From the NCBI GenBank assembly GCA_016844925.1, contig JAERTI010000038.1:66936-130935 (forward strand): 64,000 nt of DNA. The letters run 5' to 3'. How positions within the stretch are numbered: the stretch's first letter is position 1; every line of letters starts with the position of its first letter. This stretch comes from Candidatus Uhrbacteria bacterium (GTDB taxonomy: Bacteria; Patescibacteriota; Patescibacteriia; UBA9934; GWF2-40-263). The notes under the pieces are model-generated. The model saw only the letters and a list, made by a program, of their open reading frames with translations, was not told where the DNA came from and did no database searches. Below are positions 9,561 to 18,608 of the stretch, one piece after another. The position numbers and the translations under genes are program-made.

Positions 9561-9785
9561 ATGAAAACATGCAAAAACTGCGGTAAGTGTGGTCCTCACT
9601 GTATTGGGAAGTGGCTCGTCATCATCGGTGGTTTGAACTGGGGACTGATGGGTCTTCTTGGTTACAATGCCGTCGAAGAGCTTCTGGGTGCCTGGCCATG
9701 GCTCGTCACGCTCGTCTACGTACTTGTTGGTCTCTCTGCGGTTCTGATGATCATTGAGAGCAAATGTGGAAAATGTAAGCGATAA
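9561..9785 (+). CDS. DUF378 family small membrane protein
   Basis: LVIIGGLNWGL...VYVLVGLSA motif. Confidence 0.85.
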   Translation: MKTCKNCGKCGPHCIGKWLVIIGGLNWGLMGLLGYNAVEELLGAWPWLVTLVYVLVGLSAVLMIIESKCGKCKR

Positions 9786-9838
9786 AATAAACATCAGGGC
9801 CTGAGCCCTGATTTTTTATTGTGTTACCATTGAATCCT

Positions 9839-10306
9839 ATGATCAAAGAAGGAGTAAAGGCACCGGGGTTTGAACTTCCGGACCAAGAGGGAAAGACGCA
9901 CAAGCTTTCTGATTACAAGGGAACGTGGGTGTTACTGTACTTTTATCCAAAGGATGATACGCCCGGCTGCACAAAAGAAGCCTGTGCCATTCGTGATAAC
10001 TGGTCGGCATTTAAGAAGTTAGGGGTTCAAGTGTTTGGTGTGAGCGCGGATTCGGTGAGTAAACATGCAAAGTTCGCGGACAAGTATGAGCTTCCGTTTA
10101 CGCTTCTTGCTGATGAGGAGAAACAAGTTGTTGAGTCGTATGAGGTGTGGGGATTGAAGAAGTTTATGGGGCGTGAGTACATGGGGATTCATCGATCGTC
10201 CTATTTGATTGATCCAAAAGGGAAGATTGCAAAGGTGTATGAGAAGGTGAAGCCTGCCAGTCATGCCGAAGAGATTCTGCAAGACTTGAAGGAGTTAATG
10301 GGGTAG
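9839..10306 (+). CDS. bcp: Peroxiredoxin BCP/PrxQ
   Basis: YFYPKDDTPGCTKEAC motif. Confidence 0.95.
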   Translation: MIKEGVKAPGFELPDQEGKTHKLSDYKGTWVLLYFYPKDDTPGCTKEACAIRDNWSAFKKLGVQVFGVSADSVSKHAKFADKYELPFTLLADEEKQVVESYEVWGLKKFMGREYMGIHRSSYLIDPKGKIAKVYEKVKPASHAEEILQDLKELMG

Positions 10307-10359
10307 CATTGAACGATCTTTTTTCTTGTTTAATAGTCGTGGTATACTATTTTTAGCTT

Positions 10360-10803
10360 ATGAAAGTTATCCTCATCCAGGACGTAACGTCTTTAGGGAA
10401 GGAGGGGGACGTCGTGCAGGTGTCCGCCGGACATGCGCAAAATTTTTTGTTTGCGCAGAACTTGGCCGTTCCCGCCACTCCCGATGCGCTTAAAAAACGA
10501 GCGGAGATTGAGAAAGCAGCAGCTCGAGCTGCGCACAAAAATCTTTCGGTCTCTGGTGATCTGGCTGCACAGCTGGAAGGTCACGAGGTTGTCCTGAAAG
10601 AAAAGGTGAGCGAGGGTGGTGTTTTGTACGCGGCTGTAACGGAGAAAGCGATCGCTTCGGCCATGAAGAAGAGTGGTCTGAAGGTGACGCAAAAAATGAT
10701 CAAACTCTCAGAGCCTATCAAGGCTCCAGGAACCTACACGGTGACTATTGAGCTCCCGCACGGTTTTGAAGCCCAAGTGAACCTCATCGTCGAAGAAAAA
10801 TAA
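10360..10803 (+). CDS. rplI: 50S ribosomal protein L9
   Basis: MKVILIQDV..LGKEGDVVQVSAGHAQNFL. Confidence 0.95.
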   Translation: MKVILIQDVTSLGKEGDVVQVSAGHAQNFLFAQNLAVPATPDALKKRAEIEKAAARAAHKNLSVSGDLAAQLEGHEVVLKEKVSEGGVLYAAVTEKAIASAMKKSGLKVTQKMIKLSEPIKAPGTYTVTIELPHGFEAQVNLIVEEK

Positions 10804-10850
10804 TCAAACGGGCTTCCGCCCGTTTTTGAACAATCCGTTTTGAAGAATCT

Positions 10851-12476
10851 ATGACCCATCGTTTTATTTTTGTTGTAGGAGGAGTGATGTCTGGTGTTGG
10901 TAAGGGTGTCACCACAGCTTCCATCGGGAAAATTCTCCAGTCTCGAGGATTGACGGTCACGGCGATCAAGATTGATCCGTACGTGAACGTTGATGCAGGT
11001 ACCATGAATCCTGTGGAACATGGCGAAGTGTTTGTGACTGACGATGGGGACGAGACGGATCAGGACATGGGGAACTATGAGCGTTTTCTTGATGTTGATC
11101 TGACGTCAACGAATTACATGACGACAGGGCGTGTCTATCAGACGGTCATTGAGCGCGAACGAAACCTTGAATACAAAGGGCGGTGTGTGCAGGTTGTGCC
11201 GCATATCCCTCAGGAGGTCATTGATCGTATTCGTCGTGCGGCCGCCAATGCAAAGGCAGACGTAACAATGGTTGAGATTGGTGGAACCGTGGGAGAGTAC
11301 GAAAACATTTTGTTCCTCGAGGCGGCTCGCATGATGCACTTGGCTGACCCAGAGAACGTGCAGTTTATGCTCGTGAGCTATCTGCCTGTGCCAGCGCACT
11401 TGGGTGAAATGAAGACCAAGCCGACACAACACGCCTGTCGCACATTGAACAGCGCAGGCATCCATCCGGATTTTATTGTGTGTCGTGGTCAGTACTACAT
11501 GGACGAACCTCGCCGAACGAAGCTTTCCGTGTTCTGTAACGTGAAGCCGGAGGATGTTATTTCTGCCCCTGACGTCGATTCAATCTACAAGATTCCTGCT
11601 GTGTTTGAGGAACAGGGGCTTAGCGATACGATTTTAAAGAAGTTTGGCATCAAGCCGAAGAAGGCGGACATGGCAAAGTGGGAAGCAATGTCGGAGGTCC
11701 AAGAGAAGGCCACGAAGACGGTGAAGATTGGTGTGGTGGGAAAGTATTTTGCCACAGGGGAGTACACGCTTTCTGATTCGTACATCTCGGTGATTGAGGC
11801 ATTGAAGTCTGCGTCTTGGGCAAATAAGACAGCGATTGAACTGAAATGGATCAACTCTGAGGATTTTGAAAAAGATTCGTCAGCGCTCAGCCAGCTATCT
11901 GAATACGATGGGATTCTTGTGCCCGGTGGGTTCGGAACGCGTGGCATCGAGGGGGTTATTTCCACGGTTCGATACTGTCGAGAAAATAACGTTCCGTATT
12001 TCGGTATTTGTTATGGCATGCAACTTGCCTGTGTCGAGTTTGCGCGCAATGTCCTTGGAAAGGAGGCTGCTCATACAGTGGAGGTCGACGAGCAGACGCA
12101 GGATCCAATCATTCATGTGAATCCGATGCAGCTTGAGAACATTAAAGAGAATCGGTACGGCGGTACGATGCGTCTTGGGGCCTATGACTGTGATTTGGTG
12201 AAAGGATCTGTTGCGGCTGCAGCGTACGGAAAGAAGTCGGTTTCAGAACGTCACCGTCATCGCTATGAGTTTAACAATGACTACAGAGATGAGATCGAGG
12301 AAAAGGGGATGATCGTCTCAGGTGTAAATCCACAGACGAACTTGGTAGAGATCGTTGAGATCAAAGATCATCCGTTCTTTGTGGGAGTGCAGTTCCATCC
12401 TGAGTTTAAGTCGCGACCACTGCGACCACATCCGATTTTCAAGGCGTTTATTAAGGCGGCATTAGAGAAAAAATAA
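10851..12476 (+). CDS. pyrG: CTP synthase
   Basis: GGVMSGVGKG, KTKPTQ, GICYGMQ, QFHPEF motifs. Confidence 0.98.
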   Translation: MTHRFIFVVGGVMSGVGKGVTTASIGKILQSRGLTVTAIKIDPYVNVDAGTMNPVEHGEVFVTDDGDETDQDMGNYERFLDVDLTSTNYMTTGRVYQTVIERERNLEYKGRCVQVVPHIPQEVIDRIRRAAANAKADVTMVEIGGTVGEYENILFLEAARMMHLADPENVQFMLVSYLPVPAHLGEMKTKPTQHACRTLNSAGIHPDFIVCRGQYYMDEPRRTKLSVFCNVKPEDVISAPDVDSIYKIPAVFEEQGLSDTILKKFGIKPKKADMAKWEAMSEVQEKATKTVKIGVVGKYFATGEYTLSDSYISVIEALKSASWANKTAIELKWINSEDFEKDSSALSQLSEYDGILVPGGFGTRGIEGVISTVRYCRENNVPYFGICYGMQLACVEFARNVLGKEAAHTVEVDEQTQDPIIHVNPMQLENIKENRYGGTMRLGAYDCDLVKGSVAAAAYGKKSVSERHRHRYEFNNDYRDEIEEKGMIVSGVNPQTNLVEIVEIKDHPFFVGVQFHPEFKSRPLRPHPIFKAFIKAALEKK

Positions 12477-12490
12477 GAATCAAACAAGGG

Positions 12491-12527
12491 AAACACGGTT
12501 GACAAAACCGTGTTTTTTTGCTATCTT
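12491..12527 (+). promoter_or_regulatory. pyrG terminator hairpin overlapping promoter TTGACA-N17-TATCTT
   Basis: AAACACGGTT/AACCGTGTTT stem, -35 at 12499-12504, T-tract, -10 at 12522-12527. Confidence 0.7.
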
Positions 12528-12587
12528 TCGCTGTTCTCACGCATTCGACTTTCACACCTAACGGCCCTGTGCCGGGGGAGATACTTC

Positions 12588-13067
12588 ATGGAGAACGTCT
12601 ATCACCTGATCCTGGGCGCCTTCGCTCTGGTGGGTGCTGCGCTCTGGGGCAAGTTCATCTTGTCCAAGAAGCGGAACTGGATCGCGGCAGCCGTCGGGCT
12701 GAGCATTGCGGCGACGGGGCTCTTGAGCGGCTGGATGCTGCTCACGAACCGTCCGACGGAGATGCGCTTCCTCACGGAGCTCATGGGGACCGCGGGGGCC
12801 GTGTTCGTGGCCTTCAAGATCGTCACCGCCAAGGGGAACAAGAAGAACCCCTGGGTGCAGTACGGCATTCCGCTGGCCATCATCGTGTTCCTCGGGGTGA
12901 CCTGGCAGGAGCAGATCGGCAAGATGGTCTCGGGGCAGTACTCGCTCCCGGCCGCGGCCTCATCGGCGGCGCCTGCTTCCAACGCATCGTCCGCTCCTGG
13001 TCCGACCAAGAAGGAGTGCGACGAGCTGCCCGAGATGTTCCGCAAGGACTTCGGGTGCAAGAACTGA
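12588..13067 (+). CDS. Hypothetical membrane protein, about 4 TM, with Ala/Ser linker and C-terminal Cys pair (cassette class)
   Basis: SD GGGGAG; GC-ending codons; terminator at about 13113-13139. Confidence 0.75.
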   Translation: MENVYHLILGAFALVGAALWGKFILSKKRNWIAAAVGLSIAATGLLSGWMLLTNRPTEMRFLTELMGTAGAVFVAFKIVTAKGNKKNPWVQYGIPLAIIVFLGVTWQEQIGKMVSGQYSLPAAASSAAPASNASSAPGPTKKECDELPEMFRKDFGCKN

Positions 13068-13205
13068 GCCCTGCGGCTCTACGCTGACCTCGTCAGTGGC
13101 AAAGTGCCCTTAGCCTTGCCACGGCGGGGTATTTTGTTTACCCACTGAACCTATTGACACAAATACAGCATTCCTTTACTATCTGCACGAAATTAACCTC
13201 TATTT

Positions 13206-13487
13206 ATGGCACATAAGAAAGCGGGTGGTTCCACCAGTCTTGGCCGTGATTCGCAGTCTAAGCGCTTAGGCGTGAAGCTTGCAGACGGCCAGGGAACACG
13301 AGCCGGACAAATTATTGTTCGTCAGCGTGGTACAAAGATCCATCCTGGAAAAAACGTTCGACGCGGCAAGGATGACACGCTGTACGCAGCTGTTGCCGGC
13401 GTTGTGAAGTTTTCACGCAAGCGCATGGAGAACTTCCACGGGGCGCTCAAGAAGCGTGTATTCGTGAACGTTGAACCAACAAAGTAA
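13206..13487 (+). CDS. rpmA: 50S ribosomal protein L27
   Basis: [29 protein letters not shown]. Confidence 0.98.
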   Translation: MAHKKAGGSTSLGRDSQSKRLGVKLADGQGTRAGQIIVRQRGTKIHPGKNVRRGKDDTLYAAVAGVVKFSRKRMENFHGALKKRVFVNVEPTK

Positions 13488-13559
13488 GCAAGAAGACATC
13501 GCCTTGGCGGTGTCTTTGTATTTGAGAATACATTCCAAAAAAGTTACCATAGAGTAGAT

Positions 13560-13796
13560 ATGACAGAGATGAACGATCAAATTGAAGCTGTTCTTGAGCA
13601 GGTTCGACCTGCTCTTCGTATGGACGGTGGGGGTATTGAACTTGTTGATTACAATGCAGAGACAGGAGTGGTGCGAGTTCGTCTGCAGGGGGCGTGCGTT
13701 GGGTGCCCCATGTCTCAGATCACATTGAAGATGGGGGTTGAGGCTGCCTTGCAAGATGCGATCCCAGAGATCAAAGAGGTTATTGCTATCAACTGA
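13560..13796 (+). CDS. NifU/NfuA C-terminal domain protein
   Basis: RPALRMDGGGIEL, LQGACVGCP. Confidence 0.92.
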   Translation: MTEMNDQIEAVLEQVRPALRMDGGGIELVDYNAETGVVRVRLQGACVGCPMSQITLKMGVEAALQDAIPEIKEVIAIN

Positions 13797-13797
13797 C

Positions 13798-14193
13798 ATG
13801 CATCGACACAAAAAATCTCTTGAACAGTTCTGGAAAAACTTCCGGCAGATGTTCGTGAAAAGTAAGATGGTGCGGATTACAGCATTCATCTCATTTGTGT
13901 TTATTGCCATAACGTTCGCGCTCCCAGTGTGGCGCATTCTGCCCATGGCAAGCGAAACGCCGTTCATTGCACTTCACTACAACATCTATCTTGGCGTAGA
14001 TCGCTTTGGTCCCGTGCATTCGCTGTTTGTCCTTCCTGCCATGAGCCTCGGTTTTTTTCTGCTGAATGTATTCATTCAGGCTCATGCGTATCGAAGGCAA
14101 AAGACACTGACGTATTTTTTTGCCGCTGCGACCCCGGTGATCACGTTTATCCTCATGGTTGCTATGACTTTGATTGTGTTGATTAATCTATGA
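13798..14193 (+). CDS. Hypothetical membrane protein
   Basis: Three TM segments, LHYNIYLGVD motif; overlaps mraY start. Confidence 0.75.
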   Translation: MHRHKKSLEQFWKNFRQMFVKSKMVRITAFISFVFIAITFALPVWRILPMASETPFIALHYNIYLGVDRFGPVHSLFVLPAMSLGFFLLNVFIQAHAYRRQKTLTYFFAAATPVITFILMVAMTLIVLINL

Positions 14194-15245
14194 CCTTGGA
14201 ATCGTTTGAAATTGTCCGTGTTCTTCTTCTTAGTGCCGTGGCATTTGTGATTGCATTTGCTTGGGCACCGCTGTTACTTCGAGCGCTCGAGCATTGGGGG
14301 GCGGGGAAATCTATTCGTGCTGCCAGCGACGCTCCTGTCTTTGCAAGGCTCCATGCAAAGAAAAGTGGGACACCAACCATGGGGGGTATCTTGATCTGGT
14401 TTACCGTTCTTGCGATCGCCTTGGTGCTCTACTATTTGGCTCCACTACTGCCAGAGGGGTCACTCATAGCGCGGATGAACTTCCTCTCTCGCTCAGAAGT
14501 ATTGCTCCCACTCGGGGCGCTTGTTGCCTCCGCGATTGTTGGGTTTGTTGATGACTACTTTAATATTCGCGGTATTGGCCCAAAGGGGGGTGGTCTGCGC
14601 ATGCGACACCGTCTGGGAATCTATACAGCCATCGCTGTTGTGGGAGCTTGGTGGTTCCGGGTGAAGCTCGATTGGGATTTGCTTCACATTCCGTTTGTTG
14701 GCGATTTTAATATCGGCATGTGGTATGTCCCGTTTTTTATCTTGGTGATTGTTTCCACGGCGTTTTCTGTGAATGAGGCCGATGGTCTCGATGGCCTTGC
14801 TGGTGGGGCACTGCTCACGTCCTTTGGTGCCTATGCGGTCATTGCGTTTGCACAAGGACGCTACGACCTTGCGGTGTTCTGTGGAGTGATCCTCGGGGCG
14901 CTGCTTGCCTTTCTCTGGTTTAATATTCACCCAGCAAAGTTCTTCATGGGCGATACGGGAGCCATGTCCCTTGGGGTAACGCTTGGGATCGTGGCGATGC
15001 TGACGAACTCTGCATTGTTCCTTCCGATTATTGGTTTCATCTTTGTTCTGGAATCACTCTCTGTCATTGCACAGATTTTTAGCCGCAAGGTGCTCAAGCG
15101 GCGGTTATTCAAAAGCGCTCCCATTCATCACCATCTAGAAGCCATTGGGTGGCCTGAGCCGCAGATTGTGATGCGCATGTGGGTGATCTCCATGATTGCT
15201 GCGGCCGTTGGTGTTTCTTTCGTGCTCATTGATGCCTTGATTTAA
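14190..15245 (+). CDS. mraY: Phospho-N-acetylmuramoyl-pentapeptide transferase
   Basis: KSGTPTMGG, DGLDGL, FMGDTG, APIHHH. Confidence 0.96.
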   Translation: MTLESFEIVRVLLLSAVAFVIAFAWAPLLLRALEHWGAGKSIRAASDAPVFARLHAKKSGTPTMGGILIWFTVLAIALVLYYLAPLLPEGSLIARMNFLSRSEVLLPLGALVASAIVGFVDDYFNIRGIGPKGGGLRMRHRLGIYTAIAVVGAWWFRVKLDWDLLHIPFVGDFNIGMWYVPFFILVIVSTAFSVNEADGLDGLAGGALLTSFGAYAVIAFAQGRYDLAVFCGVILGALLAFLWFNIHPAKFFMGDTGAMSLGVTLGIVAMLTNSALFLPIIGFIFVLESLSVIAQIFSRKVLKRRLFKSAPIHHHLEAIGWPEPQIVMRMWVISMIAAAVGVSFVLIDALI

Positions 15246-16351
15246 TGTCTCGCTCAAAAGGATCAATCGATGTTTTACTGTTGGTCATTGTTGCTGTGAT
15301 CGTACTTTTTGGGCTTGTCATGCTCTTAAGTGCTTCAGCTCCAAGTGGATACTCTCAGTTTGCCGACAGTTACTACTACGTGAAGCATCAGATGATTTTT
15401 GGATTGATCCCTGGAATCGGTGCGATGGTCGCTTTCGCGCGCATTCCGTACACGTTCTGGCGTAAACATGCGTGGAATCTTCTCTTGCTTTCGATTGTGT
15501 TGCTTGTGCTCGTGTTTATTCCAGGACTCTCTGCAGGGATTGGAACGGCGCGCAGTTGGATTTCTGTTGGTGGTGTGTTTTCCTTGCAGCCATCTGAGGT
15601 CGTGAAACTGACCTTTTTGTTTTATCTCGCTGCTTGGCTCGCTCAGCGTGACAAGCATTCTGTGCGTGATGTTCAGGCCGGGTTCTTGCCCTTTGTCTTC
15701 GTGCTCGGAACCATCATGCTCTTGATGATCTTACAGCCAGACATTGGAACCATGTCCATCATCGCGGCCATGAGTCTTGTTGTCTATTTTGTTGCCGGTG
15801 CGCCGATTAGTTATGTGCTGGGATTAATCGCGGCTGGTGTGGCAGGGCTTCTGGCGCTGATTACGGCAGCCCCATATCGAGCTGCACGTTTTACAACGTT
15901 CCTACATCCTGAGCTCGATCCACAAGGGATCGGCTACCACATCAACCAGGCGCTCTTAGCGATTGGGTCTGGTGGAATCTTTGGTGTGGGTTACGGCCAT
16001 TCGCGACAGAAGTTTCAATATCTCCCTGAGGTGGCCAGCGATTCGATCTTTGCCGTGATTGGGGAAGAGATGGGCTTCATGGTTGCCGCACTGACGATTG
16101 GATTGTTCCTGTTGTTTCTCTGGCGCATCCTCGAGATTGCGAAGCGCTCTCCAGATAGTTTTGGAAAATATGTCGTGGTGGGAGTAGGGGCGTGGATTGT
16201 GATCCAAGCTTTTGTCAACATTGGTTCAATGGTCGCCCTCATGCCAATCACGGGTGTGCCGCTTCCATTTATTAGTTATGGGGGGACATCGCTGGCCATT
16301 TCGCTTGCTGCCGTGGGGGTGGTGTTAAACGTCTCTAAGAGCATGAAATGA
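15245..16351 (+). CDS. ftsW: SEDS peptidoglycan polymerase FtsW
   Basis: QPSEVVK, QPDIGT, YLPEVASDSIF, GVPLPFISYGG; located between mraY and murG. Confidence 0.93.
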   Translation: MSRSKGSIDVLLLVIVAVIVLFGLVMLLSASAPSGYSQFADSYYYVKHQMIFGLIPGIGAMVAFARIPYTFWRKHAWNLLLLSIVLLVLVFIPGLSAGIGTARSWISVGGVFSLQPSEVVKLTFLFYLAAWLAQRDKHSVRDVQAGFLPFVFVLGTIMLLMILQPDIGTMSIIAAMSLVVYFVAGAPISYVLGLIAAGVAGLLALITAAPYRAARFTTFLHPELDPQGIGYHINQALLAIGSGGIFGVGYGHSRQKFQYLPEVASDSIFAVIGEEMGFMVAALTIGLFLLFLWRILEIAKRSPDSFGKYVVVGVGAWIVIQAFVNIGSMVALMPITGVPLPFISYGGTSLAISLAAVGVVLNVSKSMK

Positions 16352-16352
16352 T

Positions 16353-17402
16353 ATGAAGGTGCTTTTTACCGGTGGAGGAACGATGGGCCCTGTGACGCCG
16401 CTTTTGGCTGTGCATGAGGCTCTCAAGGAAACGGATGTGCGTGTCGATGCTGTTTGGGTGGGTACACCTCATGGACCTGAACGTAGCGTGGTCGAGGCGC
16501 AGGGGATGCGTTTCTTCTCGCTTCCGGTTGCGCGACTTCCTCGCCGTCTCTCACTTGAGCTGTTGGCGTTGCCCGTGACGTTCACACGAGCCCTGTGGGG
16601 AGCATGGCGACTCCTTCATCGTGAGCGGCCGAGTGTGATTGCGTCGGCTGGGGGGTACACGGCTGTGCCGGTCATTGTGGCCGCGCGTACTCTCAAGATT
16701 CCCGTGTGGGTGCATCAGCAAGATGTAACACCGATTCTGACGAATCGACTCACAGCCCCGCTTGCCACACGTGTGACCGTTGCGTTTAAAGCTTCGACGA
16801 GCTTGTCGAAACGAGCTCAGGTCGTCGGCAACCCTGTGCGTCCAAGTGTGTTGAAAGGCGATCCTCAGCGGGCACGTGCATTTTTTGAAATTCGAAATAC
16901 TAAGCCGACGGTTCTTGTTTTTGGTGGTGGAACGGGGGCTAAGTGGATTAATGAACAGATCGATGAGATCGCCTTGAGTCTGGTTTCGCGGGCGAATGTG
17001 ATTCATCTGACAGGGAAGGGGAAGCGTGAGAACAAGAAGCGTCACCCGGATCATCACGCGCGGGAGTTTCTTGGTGGCGAGATGGCTGACGCGCTCGCGC
17101 TCGCCGATGTGGTGGTGTGCCGCGCAGGTCTTGGGACAATTACGGAGCTCGCGGCGCTTTCCAAGCCAGCGATTGTCATCCCGTTGCCACATTCACCACA
17201 AGAGGCAAACGCAGCGGCTGTGGAAGGGGCGTGTGTGGTGCTGCATGAGCATCGAACGAGCGCGGAAGACTTGCTCCGAGAAATTGAATCGCTCTTGGAC
17301 GATGCAGATGATCGAAGGGACCTTGGGGCAAAGATGCACGGCATGCTTTCAACAAACATTGCCGATGAGCTGGCACAGATGCTCATCGGGATGTCGAACT
17401 AA
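16353..17402 (+). CDS. murG: Lipid I N-acetylglucosaminyltransferase
   Basis: GGGTMGP, GGY, GNPVR, RAG..T..E, QEANA. Confidence 0.93.
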   Translation: MKVLFTGGGTMGPVTPLLAVHEALKETDVRVDAVWVGTPHGPERSVVEAQGMRFFSLPVARLPRRLSLELLALPVTFTRALWGAWRLLHRERPSVIASAGGYTAVPVIVAARTLKIPVWVHQQDVTPILTNRLTAPLATRVTVAFKASTSLSKRAQVVGNPVRPSVLKGDPQRARAFFEIRNTKPTVLVFGGGTGAKWINEQIDEIALSLVSRANVIHLTGKGKRENKKRHPDHHAREFLGGEMADALALADVVVCRAGLGTITELAALSKPAIVIPLPHSPQEANAAAVEGACVVLHEHRTSAEDLLREIESLLDDADDRRDLGAKMHGMLSTNIADELAQMLIGMSN

Positions 17403-17445
17403 CAAAACAAAAAACACACCCGACGAGGGGTGTGTTTTTCTTTCA

Positions 17446-17694
17446 CTATTCTGCTGCTGGAGCTTCAGGAGCTGGAGCGGCTGCTTCCTCTGCAGGAGCG
17501 GCTGCTTCTTCAGCTGGAGCCTCGGCTGGAGCTGCTGCTTCTTCAGCAGGAGCGGCTGCCTCTTCGGCTGGAGCGGCTGCAGGAGCCTCAGCTGGAGCCT
17601 CGGCTGCAGGAGCTGCGCCTGCGCAACCTGGGCACTTACCTTCTTCGTTAACGTCGACGCCAGCAGCGCCACAAGCAGTACATACACCTTCCAT
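17446..17694 (-). CDS. Small protein: CxxC-x12-CxxC knuckle plus Ala/Pro/Glu repeat tail
   Basis: CTAC...CPGC then repeated PAEEAAA; shares bidirectional terminator at about 17410-17440. Confidence 0.7.
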   Translation of the reverse strand: MEGVCTACGAAGVDVNEEGKCPGCAGAAPAAEAPAEAPAAAPAEEAAAPAEEAAAPAEAPAEEAAAPAEEAAAPAPEAPAAE

Positions 17695-17831
17695 AGGAGT
17701 TGTTTGCGTTAGTGATTAACGGTCATCAGTATAGATCACGACCACCATCGTGGCAAATGCCCCACAAACAGAAACACGCCCATACGACAGGTCGCACAGA
17801 CGTGCTCTGTCGCGCTAGGCGCGCGCGTTGG

Positions 17832-18134
17832 TCAGGAGGCCTTGGCGGCATCCTTCGTGAGTCGGGTGATCGTTCCGGTCCGCTTGTCGGTCCGGTAGTA
17901 GATCTTGTACTTCTGGGAGAAGTCAGCCGACTGTCCCTTGATGTTGAAGCTCTGCCCGCTGCCGTCCTCGATGCCGACGTCGGTGACGTTGACGATGATC
18001 TTCAGCGACTCCCCCACGGTGAACACCACCGGGCGGGGCTTGTCGCTGGTCCTGTCGAACAGGGCCAGCATGAGGTTGTACTTGCTTGGTCCGTCCGTGA
18101 CATTGCGGAAGGCCGGGCCTTTGATCGTGGGCAT
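17832..18134 (-). CDS. Hypothetical 100-aa beta-rich protein (cassette class)
   Basis: SD AAGGAG before ATG 18134; promoter TTGACA-N17-TATCTT at 18238-18266. Confidence 0.75.
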   Translation of the reverse strand: MPTIKGPAFRNVTDGPSKYNLMLALFDRTSDKPRPVVFTVGESLKIIVNVTDVGIEDGSGQSFNIKGQSADFSQKYKIYYRTDKRTGTITRLTKDAAKAS

Positions 18135-18342
18135 GCCCACTCCTTGCGTGAGAGACTCCATGACTGACGCTGGAGCCGGGCGCCTGAGACCCAAGGCGGG
18201 TCTCACAACCAAGGCATACACCAAGGTTGGACACCCCAAGATAGCCTATTTTAGGCCTTTTGTCAACCCTCAGGGGTTGCACCCAAGAACTTTTATTGCT
18301 ATATTCTGCGCGTTGGAGATCGCCCCTCAGGGCACGGCGAAT

Positions 18343-18470
18343 CGTAAAACATCCAAAATTGGATGAGATTCCGCCGCCCGAGCGAAGCACTGAAGGAGAC
18401 GACCTAAAACGGTCGTTGACTGAAGAGCGCAGCGAGAAGGTGGAAGATCGCCAATTTTGGATGGTTTACG
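18343..18470. repeat. 128-bp foldback element abutting the tRNA-Lys 5' end (MITE/REP-like or structured ncRNA)
   Basis: 20-bp arms (18343-18362, 18451-18470) match 19/20; inner stems TTCCGCC/GGTGGAA and ACGACC/GGTCGT. Confidence 0.6.
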
Positions 18471-18545
18471 CACCGGTAGCTCAGTTGGTAGAGCAAGGGC
18501 CTTTTAAGCCCGGGGTCGCGGGTTCGAGTCCCGCCCGGTGTACCA
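18470..18545 (+). tRNA. tRNA-Lys(UUU)
   Basis: Cloverleaf, loop CTTTTAA, GGTTCGAGTCC, encoded CCA, downstream terminator. Confidence 0.96.
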
Positions 18546-18608
18546 ACACAAAAGCCGACTTACAAAGTCGGCTTTTGTGTTTAGTGTATACAAGGCCCTA
18601 CTTGATCC

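Noticed and set aside
17450-17625. Tandem repeats considered as a CRISPR array or non-coding VNTR
   Set aside because: Degenerate codon-phase repeats encoding PAEEAAA; no unique spacers and no cas genes.
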